Below are positions 8,211 through 14,925 of a DNA stretch of 25,122 bases, in pieces (positions within the stretch are counted from its first letter, which is position 1; the number at the start of each line of letters is the position of its first letter). The DNA is from a virus. Its lineage: Duplodnaviria; Caudoviricetes. The stretch lies in IMG/VR virus record IMGVR_UViG_3300032295_003109, positions 1-25,122 of that record, one strand, 5' to 3'. The translations under genes were made by a program, and so were the position numbers. The notes under the pieces were generated by a model. That model was not told the DNA's origin. It made no database searches and saw only the letters and a program-made list of their open reading frames with translations.

Positions 8211-11200
8211 ATGGCACAAGTAGTAAAATTAAAGCGCAGCGGAGTTGCGGGTAGAGTTCCAGATACGGGTTCTTTAGAGTTAGGAGAAATAGCAATAAAT
8301 ACCTTTGATGGTAGAGCGTTTATTAAAAAAAGTGGAAGTGGCTTTATAGAAAGTGTTGTTCATTTAGTAACTACTAATGCTCTTACCACAGGCAGTATTA
8401 ATCTTAGTGGCAGTTTTACTGCTAGTAATGCTCTTATATATGATAATGTCCAAATAGGGGTTTCAGCCAGTAGTGGAGGAACTTTAACTATATGGAAAAA
8501 TTCATCCGGAGAAGCTATTATATCTTTTCCTGCTGCTACTCCTGCCCAAAATGATACGGGGTGGATTAAACATATTGAAAGTACCCAAGATGCTGGTAGG
8601 TTTGAATTTAGAGTAGGAGATAATGGGTCACCCTTAGCATACGATGAATTTTGGTTTGGTTCTTCAGTTGATCCTGATGTAATTACTTTTAGAACAAGTG
8701 GTGATATAATACAAAGAACAGGATCATTAACTTTACAAAGTGGTTCTATAAGTGTTAGTAATAACATTACAGCTTCTATAGTTAAAGCAAACCAATTTAC
8801 TGGTTCATTATTTGGAACATCTAGTTGGGCCCAAAACGTCTTAACAGCCTCTTTTATTAATAATTTAAACCAAAATTTATCTATAACAGGTGCTCTTGTA
8901 TTATCAGGTTCAACCGCTCCTGAATTAAGAGTTATAGGGGATACTCAATTTACTGGATCAGTAAGTTCTTTATATGGTTATACTGGTTCATTGTTAGGAA
9001 CAGCTAGTTGGGCCATAAGAGCTCTTACAGCATCATTAGCTACAACTGCCTCGTTTACATTAAGTGCTTCTTTTGCTACAACTGCCTCTTATGCTTTAAA
9101 TGGAGTAACTATTAGCAATAATGTTGACAATTATGTACTTACAGCAACTGGAGTATCAGGCAGTATTAATGGAGAATCAGGGTTAATCTTTAATTCTGCT
9201 ACTGGTATCTTAGAAGTTAATAGTAACATTGATATAGGATCTGGTAATACTCACACAGATTCAGGCATTATAGTTATTGGATCTAATAATATTGCTGGAA
9301 CTAGTGGAGGTGCTGGTAATTATATTTTAATAGGACAAGCTAATGAACTTGATAGTAGATTAAAAAATAGTTTAGTTGTAGGTGGGAAAGTAATAATAGG
9401 TGATGACACCCAACAAAGTATAATAGCTGGTATATCTCATTCTATAGGAGCTAATAGAAATATTTTAACCAGCGGTGAAGGGCTTTATGTTTACGATAGT
9501 GATGAACGTCTTGTTATAGGAAGATACAATGTAAGAAACACCGAAAATCCTAAAGTCAGTTCTTCTTTATTTACAATAGGAAGTGGAAAAGGAGATGGAA
9601 CGAGAAATGATCTCCTTAATGTTTTTCCTAATAATTATGATCTTCCTCAATCAGCTGAAGTAGTAGTTACTGGGTCAATTTTAGCCTCTAATAGAATACA
9701 AGCTCCTAGTTTTACAGGTTCGTTATTTGGAACTGCTAGTTGGGCTATTAGAGCACTTACAGCGTCTTTAGCTACAACTGCCTCGTTTACAATAAGTGCC
9801 TCATTTGCTACAACAGCTTCATTTGCTTTAAGTTCTTCAGTTACAATAAGTTCTTCATTTGCGTCAACTGCTTTAAGTGCTTCGTTTGCGTTAACTGCTT
9901 TAAGTGCTTCATTTGCTTTAACTTCTTCTCTCCCATTAAGGGGGTATATTACAGGTTCTAGTCTTGCTAATTCAATTAGACTACAGAAAGGAGATGGAAC
10001 TCAAGATGCGTTTCCTATCCTAATAGGAGGAGGTAATTATAAAGTAGCTTATTTTAGTGGTTCTAATAATTTACGAGACGCTACTGAAGTAAATATTTTT
10101 AGAGATCCTAATGGAACTTCTAATTTTTCTCCTCAAATAGGTCAAGCGGTTGATAGTTTAACTATAGGAACAATTACTAATGGAGGCCCCACATTAACTG
10201 ATTCTAGTGGCAGTCATATTTTAAGAGACAAAACTGAATTAATTACTAATGTTCGTATAGCTGCTCCTACTGAAACTTATTATTTATTAGGACTTAGTGC
10301 TGCCCCTAACATCATTAAACTAGATAATGAAAATATATATACTACCCCTGGAATAGCCCCAAGTACAAATCCTTTAGTAAGTAATAAAGTTATAAATGGC
10401 AGTGTAAAATTTGGTGGGATATATGCTAAAGTTAATACGACTCCTACTGCTGGTACCCAATATGGAACTACATTATATCAAAATGGGTTAGTTCTATATC
10501 CAGGTTCACCTGGTATGTTAATTTCTGATGGTAAGTTATCAATTTTTAATAGCTCATCTATGGTATTTGACGTAAGTGGAGGATTATTATCACCCCACTC
10601 AAGTGCCAGTGCTCAATTTACTTTAGCAAGTGATAGTTCTAGTCTTTCTATTTTAGTAGGTAAAGAAAATCTCCAAGAAATAATGTTCCTTTCTTATTCA
10701 TCAAAGGAACCTAAAATTGGTATAGGAACTTCACAACCTAAATCAATTTTTGATATTAAGTCTATTGCTGATAATTCAACAGGAACTGAATTATTGATTC
10801 GTAGTGCTCGTACCGAATTAAAAGGAGGAAATACAGGTGATGCTGCCGGTAAAATTATATTTTCTATTGATAGTTCAAGTTTTAATAATTTAAAAACTTC
10901 AGGTTCTGTTGCTATAATTACTAGTGAAGTTACTTCTATTTCTTCTGAAGGAGCCGCAGGTGATTTAATTTTAAAAGCTTCTAATACTGATAAAAATGAA
11001 CCAAGTGAAGTTTTAAGGATTAATAATGATACTTCAATTTTCAGTAGTTCTCTTAATGTTAAAGGTCAATTTTTAACTCTTAATAGTTCTCAATTTGCTG
11101 TAATTAGTACTACTATTGGTAGTGATATTAATACTCCAGTTGATAATTTTTCTACTTCAGTTTATAAAGGAGGATTTTATGACTATACATTAATAAGTTC

Positions 11201-11399
11201 AGTAGGAGCTCGAATAGGGCAATTTATGGTACTATCAGGCAGTAGCAATTTAACTTTTACTGATACTTCTGCTCCTGCTATAGGTGGTGATCCTGTTGAA
11301 CCTTCATTGTCAGCTTCTTTTTCTAGTGCTAATATTATTAGTGTTCGTATTACAAATGGTAGTGGGTATACTTTTAAAGCTATAAGAAAATTACTCTAA
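8211..11399 (+). CDS. Long mosaic tail fibre protein (Mtd_N-like N-terminus, YadA-head-like repeats)
   Basis: 1062 aa. Begins MAQVVKLKRS...LELGEIAINTFDGRAF. Contains TAS/SAS repeats, IxIG/GxxN beta-roll-like repeats and modules shared with the 4994 and 11447 genes. C-terminal domain VDNFSTSVYKGGFYDY...FKAIRKLL. Confidence 0.8.
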   Translation: MAQVVKLKRSGVAGRVPDTGSLELGEIAINTFDGRAFIKKSGSGFIESVVHLVTTNALTTGSINLSGSFTASNALIYDNVQIGVSASSGGTLTIWKNSSGEAIISFPAATPAQNDTGWIKHIESTQDAGRFEFRVGDNGSPLAYDEFWFGSSVDPDVITFRTSGDIIQRTGSLTLQSGSISVSNNITASIVKANQFTGSLFGTSSWAQNVLTASFINNLNQNLSITGALVLSGSTAPELRVIGDTQFTGSVSSLYGYTGSLLGTASWAIRALTASLATTASFTLSASFATTASYALNGVTISNNVDNYVLTATGVSGSINGESGLIFNSATGILEVNSNIDIGSGNTHTDSGIIVIGSNNIAGTSGGAGNYILIGQANELDSRLKNSLVVGGKVIIGDDTQQSIIAGISHSIGANRNILTSGEGLYVYDSDERLVIGRYNVRNTENPKVSSSLFTIGSGKGDGTRNDLLNVFPNNYDLPQSAEVVVTGSILASNRIQAPSFTGSLFGTASWAIRALTASLATTASFTISASFATTASFALSSSVTISSSFASTALSASFALTALSASFALTSSLPLRGYITGSSLANSIRLQKGDGTQDAFPILIGGGNYKVAYFSGSNNLRDATEVNIFRDPNGTSNFSPQIGQAVDSLTIGTITNGGPTLTDSSGSHILRDKTELITNVRIAAPTETYYLLGLSAAPNIIKLDNENIYTTPGIAPSTNPLVSNKVINGSVKFGGIYAKVNTTPTAGTQYGTTLYQNGLVLYPGSPGMLISDGKLSIFNSSSMVFDVSGGLLSPHSSASAQFTLASDSSSLSILVGKENLQEIMFLSYSSKEPKIGIGTSQPKSIFDIKSIADNSTGTELLIRSARTELKGGNTGDAAGKIIFSIDSSSFNNLKTSGSVAIITSEVTSISSEGAAGDLILKASNTDKNEPSEVLRINNDTSIFSSSLNVKGQFLTLNSSQFAVISTTIGSDINTPVDNFSTSVYKGGFYDYTLISSVGARIGQFMVLSGSSNLTFTDTSAPAIGGDPVEPSLSASFSSANIISVRITNGSGYTFKAIRKLL
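8796..9013 (+). repeat. 218-bp colinear module shared with 12353..12570
   Basis: FTGSLFGTSSWxxNxLTASFxNNLNQNLSITGxxVLSGSxxPELRVIGDTQFTGS...GYTGSLxGTASWA occurs in both genes without indels. Confidence 0.9.
8982..9089 (+). repeat. 108-bp intragenic repeat (second copy 9714..9821)
   Basis: TGSLxGTASWAIRALTASLATTASFTxSASFATTAS occurs twice in the 8211 gene; differences are mostly synonymous. Confidence 0.9.
9855..9923 (+). repeat. 27-bp tandem repeat, about 2.5 copies (SFA[S/L]TALSA)
   Basis: TCATTTGCGTCAACTGCTTTAAGTGCT / TCGTTTGCGTTAACTGCTTTAAGTGCT / TCATTTGCTTTAACT. Confidence 0.9.
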
Positions 11400-11402
11400 C
11401 AT

Positions 11403-11438
11403 ATATGTATCGGTGACCTTTTGGATAGGGAAAAAAGG
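11403..11438 (+). promoter_or_regulatory. ATATGTAT motif followed by leader hairpin CCTTTT-GGATAGGGAA-AAAAGG
   Basis: Motif at 11403-11410; 6-bp stem 11417-11422/11433-11438 with a 10-nt purine-rich loop, 8 nt before ATG 11447. Confidence 0.55.
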
Positions 11439-11446
11439 AAACTAAT

Positions 11447-13345
11447 ATGGCAAACGAATTTATCGCCCGTAAAGGGTTTATAGCACTTGAATCTTCCCAG
11501 ATTACAGGTAGTCTTAATGTAAGTGGTGGTATAACGGGTTCATTATTAGGAACTTCAAGTTGGGCAACTAATGCTATAACTGCTTCATCCGTTACTACTT
11601 TAAATCAAAATGTATTAATAACAGGAAGTTTAACAATAGGTAGTTCAAGTATAGGATCATCAGAAAATACATTAATAGTAGGACCACCGCCCGCTGGTGG
11701 GGCTGGTGAAGGTGGTCAGATATTATTACAGGCTGTTGGAGGTACCTATGCTACGGCTTCAATGATTGATAATTATCAAAATCAAACTCGACTCTTAAGA
11801 GGTACTAATGCGGGTAGTGATGCTGTAGTTGCTTCATGGAATATGCATTCTAAACAAATGCAACTCCCCTCTTATAATAGTACTACAGCATTTACAGCTA
11901 CAACTTTAGTTGGTATATTAGGGTTTGATGCTAATGGTAATATTTTAACAACTAATACAAGTAGTGGAGGAGGAGGAGGTGTTACAATTAATAATAATAC
12001 AGACAATTATTTAATCACAGCAACTGGTACCGCTAATACATTAAATGGTGAAGCCAATTTACAATTTAATGGATCTTCATTATCTGTAACGGGTAATATA
12101 ACAGCAAGTGGAACTATTACCGCTCAAGCAAATGGAGCAATGTATTTTCGTGGAGGTGATGATGCTGAATTATGGGATATAAATGTTGCTAATACATTAG
12201 GGATATATGGTCAACAAAATCAAGGAATAGCCTCTATTAAATTAGGATCTGGTGGAGGTGTTATTTCGGGAAGAAGTGGGAGTATTGGAATAGGTATAAC
12301 TACTCCTAACTCAGGAGCTCTTCATGTTAATGGTGGAGTATTTGCTACTTCTTTTACTGGTTCATTATTTGGAACCTCAAGCTGGTCAACTAATGCTTTA
12401 ACTGCTTCTTTTGTTAATAATTTAAATCAAAATTTATCCATAACAGGCTCTGTTGTTTTATCAGGATCAGGTTTACCAGAATTAAGAGTTATAGGTGATA
12501 CCCAATTTACAGGTTCAATAAACTCCTTAAATGGATATACAGGTTCATTATTTGGAACTGCGAGCTGGGCAACTAATGCTATTAGTTCTTCATTAGCAGT
12601 TCGAAACCTTATTACCGCTTCCGTTTCTCTAAACACAATTACCTTTACAAAAGGTGACGGAACTACATTTCCTATAGTTGTAAATACAGGTTCAGGTGGG
12701 GGAGGTGGAAGTGTTACAATTAATAATAACACAGATAATTATGTAATCACAGCAACTGGTACCGCTAATACATTAAATGGTGAAGCTGCTTTAACATTTG
12801 ATGGTACTACTTTATCAACCACAGATATATCTGCTACTGGTATAACTGGTGATGTTGTAATAGGTACTACTAGTGTAACTGCTGGTGATTTATTAGCTAG
12901 TCAAATTCTAATTCAAGATGATGTTACGGGAGTCCCAGGAGAATATACAATAGGATCTCAAATAGCTTATTCTTGGGGCGATCCTGGTAATAATTCTCTT
13001 TTAACAGGAAGAGCAGGACAAGTAGTTTATTTATCAGGTAGTGGAGATTGGAAAGTAGCCAGAGCTAATACTACCGGTAGTAGTACTAGTATATTAGGGA
13101 TAGTAACTTCTGCTGAAGATCAAAGAAATATACTTCTTCAAGGAGCTGTTACTTTAGGTACAAATCTTAACTCTCTTATAGCAGGACAACCAGTTTACTT
13201 AAGTCCTCTTGTAGATGGAGAAGTTACCCTTACCCCACCATCTTCTTCAGGTCATATAGTTAGATTATTAGGATGGACTATTCCTGGAAGTGGTAATGAT
13301 AATATTTATTTTAGTCCTGATAACTCTTATATAGTAAGAACATAA
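11447..13345 (+). CDS. Tail fibre protein (MANEFIARKG N-terminus)
   Basis: 632 aa with TGS-rich repeats, poly-Gly hinges and a duplicated VTINNNTDNY module. C-terminal domain GQVVYLS...GQPVYLS...GHIVRLLG...IYFSPD. Confidence 0.8.
   Translation: MANEFIARKGFIALESSQITGSLNVSGGITGSLLGTSSWATNAITASSVTTLNQNVLITGSLTIGSSSIGSSENTLIVGPPPAGGAGEGGQILLQAVGGTYATASMIDNYQNQTRLLRGTNAGSDAVVASWNMHSKQMQLPSYNSTTAFTATTLVGILGFDANGNILTTNTSSGGGGGVTINNNTDNYLITATGTANTLNGEANLQFNGSSLSVTGNITASGTITAQANGAMYFRGGDDAELWDINVANTLGIYGQQNQGIASIKLGSGGGVISGRSGSIGIGITTPNSGALHVNGGVFATSFTGSLFGTSSWSTNALTASFVNNLNQNLSITGSVVLSGSGLPELRVIGDTQFTGSINSLNGYTGSLFGTASWATNAISSSLAVRNLITASVSLNTITFTKGDGTTFPIVVNTGSGGGGGSVTINNNTDNYVITATGTANTLNGEAALTFDGTTLSTTDISATGITGDVVIGTTSVTAGDLLASQILIQDDVTGVPGEYTIGSQIAYSWGDPGNNSLLTGRAGQVVYLSGSGDWKVARANTTGSSTSILGIVTSAEDQRNILLQGAVTLGTNLNSLIAGQPVYLSPLVDGEVTLTPPSSSGHIVRLLGWTIPGSGNDNIYFSPDNSYIVRT
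11981..12054 (+). repeat. 74-bp near-identical direct repeat (second copy 12713..12786)
   Basis: Only 3 mismatches (T/C, C/T, T/G). Encodes VTINNNTDNYxITATGTANTLNGEA; each copy follows a Gly run. Confidence 0.95.
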
Positions 13346-14217
13346 TGTCTATAAGATTAATAAATGGAGTACCAGTAGATAAAATTACAGCAATAAATGG
13401 TATATCTTACTCAGCAATAGGAACTTTTAACAGGGTATCAACTTTATTAAATATAGTTACAAGTAATTTATTTGCTTTTTGGGATCCAACTACTGAAGGT
13501 AGTATAGGTACCTTTGTTTTATCAGGATCAGGTACTATTTATAGTGGTGCTTTTGATATAAGCTATAAATATACAGCTAGTAATTCAGCTGTTACTCGCA
13601 GCTTGGGTGTGTTTCAAGGAGCAGTATTTACAACATTTAATAGTGGGAGTTTAACCCAAAGAGTAATGTATGTAGATGGTGTAGGGGGTGATTATTTAGG
13701 AGGTATACATCTAACAAGAGGTTACTTAACAGCCAGTGCTACAGACCCCGCTAAAGTTAATACCTTACTTGATTTTACAAATGAATTTTGGATAAGAAGT
13801 AGTGGTAGTTGGTTAAGTGATGGTGCTTTATATAGTGCTGTTTATAACCAAGGTTCAAGAACAAGATTTAATTCTTCAGGCGACCACTGGGCTTATGCCC
13901 CTAATGTTACAGCTGGGGGTAACTTAGGTGGAACTTGGGCTACTAACACTTGGCATCATTATTGTGTAACAATGGCTAATGTTAATGTTACAAATGACAG
14001 ATTAACTATTTACAAAGATGGTGTTCAAGTAGGACAAGATACAACAGGTAACTATGCTCCAACAAATGTCCAAGCTGAGTTTTTTATTGGCAGCTGGAAC
14101 TCAGCTACTGAATTACAAAGAATGTATGTTGGTGAAGTTAGAAGATATAATAAAGAATTAACAGCAGCAGAAGTATTACAAAACTATAATGCGAGTAAAT
14201 ATAGATATGGAAAATAA
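13345..14217 (+). CDS. LamG/concanavalin A-like lectin domain protein, candidate receptor-binding tip
   Basis: The pattern FTxEFWIR...WHHYCVT...TIYKDG...FFIG...VGEVRRYNKELTAAEVLQNY is typical of Laminin_G_3. TAATG overlap with the upstream fibre gene. Confidence 0.85.
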   Translation: MSIRLINGVPVDKITAINGISYSAIGTFNRVSTLLNIVTSNLFAFWDPTTEGSIGTFVLSGSGTIYSGAFDISYKYTASNSAVTRSLGVFQGAVFTTFNSGSLTQRVMYVDGVGGDYLGGIHLTRGYLTASATDPAKVNTLLDFTNEFWIRSSGSWLSDGALYSAVYNQGSRTRFNSSGDHWAYAPNVTAGGNLGGTWATNTWHHYCVTMANVNVTNDRLTIYKDGVQVGQDTTGNYAPTNVQAEFFIGSWNSATELQRMYVGEVRRYNKELTAAEVLQNYNASKYRYGK

Positions 14218-14491
14218 TGTATCAAACAGATGGTATCGTATAATAGCAACTCCCTACTTATGGGAATTAGATTATGATATAATTTACCAAAGATTTCCTG
14301 AAGCTGCCAGATTTTCAATGACTGGAGAGTGGGCTATTGTAACATATAAGGAACTACCAGAAAATCCTAATTTTCCCTATTACACAAATGATGAAATGGT
14401 TCAGTTTATATATAATAATTGGGATGAATGGAATCCAATAGATAGTACTCAAGAACCCTTTTTATCAGACCCTAATGCGATTATTTCATAA
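14207..14491 (+). CDS. Small acidic/aromatic protein, probable partner or chaperone of the LamG protein
   Basis: The in-frame ATG at 14207 (MENNVSNRWY...) overlaps the LamG gene end by only 11 nt and is preferred over 14189. Function is inferred from position only. Confidence 0.65.
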   Translation: MENNVSNRWYRIIATPYLWELDYDIIYQRFPEAARFSMTGEWAIVTYKELPENPNFPYYTNDEMVQFIYNNWDEWNPIDSTQEPFLSDPNAIIS

Positions 14492-14551
14492 AAATTGTTT
14501 TCTAAAAACATTAATATATGTATATGTGAATAATTTTAAAATTTAAATGTT

Positions 14552-14824
14552 ATGGCTGTTAGAAAATCCACAAAAAACACCCAAAAATTAGAAGCTAATG
14601 AGCTTCAACAACTTATTGAATTAAGACAACAAATTAGTGATTTAACTTTTAGGAGAGGGCAAGTAGCACTCGCTGAAGATACCCTTGAAGCACAACGTAT
14701 GGAACTTAAATCACTTCAAAATCAACTTTCTCAAAAAGAGAAAACCCTTTCAAGCGAACTATTTGGTAAATACGGAAAAGGAGAAATTAACCTTGACGAA
14801 GGGACAATTACTATCACAGACTAA
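14552..14824 (+). CDS. Small coiled-coil protein upstream of sheath
   Basis: 90 aa with Leu/Glu/Gln heptads ending KYGKGEINLDEGTI; preceded by ATATGTAT at 14516-14523. Confidence 0.75.
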   Translation: MAVRKSTKNTQKLEANELQQLIELRQQISDLTFRRGQVALAEDTLEAQRMELKSLQNQLSQKEKTLSSELFGKYGKGEINLDEGTITITD

Positions 14825-14845
14825 TTTTGTTTGGCCTTTTTTTGG

Positions 14846-14901
14846 ATATTTATTGATAGTCACAATCTAATACATTTTTATTAGAAAAGAATTATATTTA
14901 T
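14846..14901 (+). promoter_or_regulatory. Tandem ATATTTAT motifs upstream of sheath
   Basis: Copies at 14846-14853 and 14894-14901; ATG at 14926. Confidence 0.6.
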
Positions 14902-14925
14902 ATCCAACACATAACATAAAATACA

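Noticed and set aside
9855-9923. CRISPR-like repeat array
   Set aside because: In-frame tandem coding repeat without spacers.
11981-12786. Diversity-generating retroelement template/variable repeat pair
   Set aside because: Mismatches are not adenine-specific, both copies are coding and internal, and no reverse transcriptase is present in the window.
14685-14870. 61-aa plus-strand ORF
   Set aside because: Overlaps 14552..14824 out of frame and runs across the promoter-like motif; no independent support.
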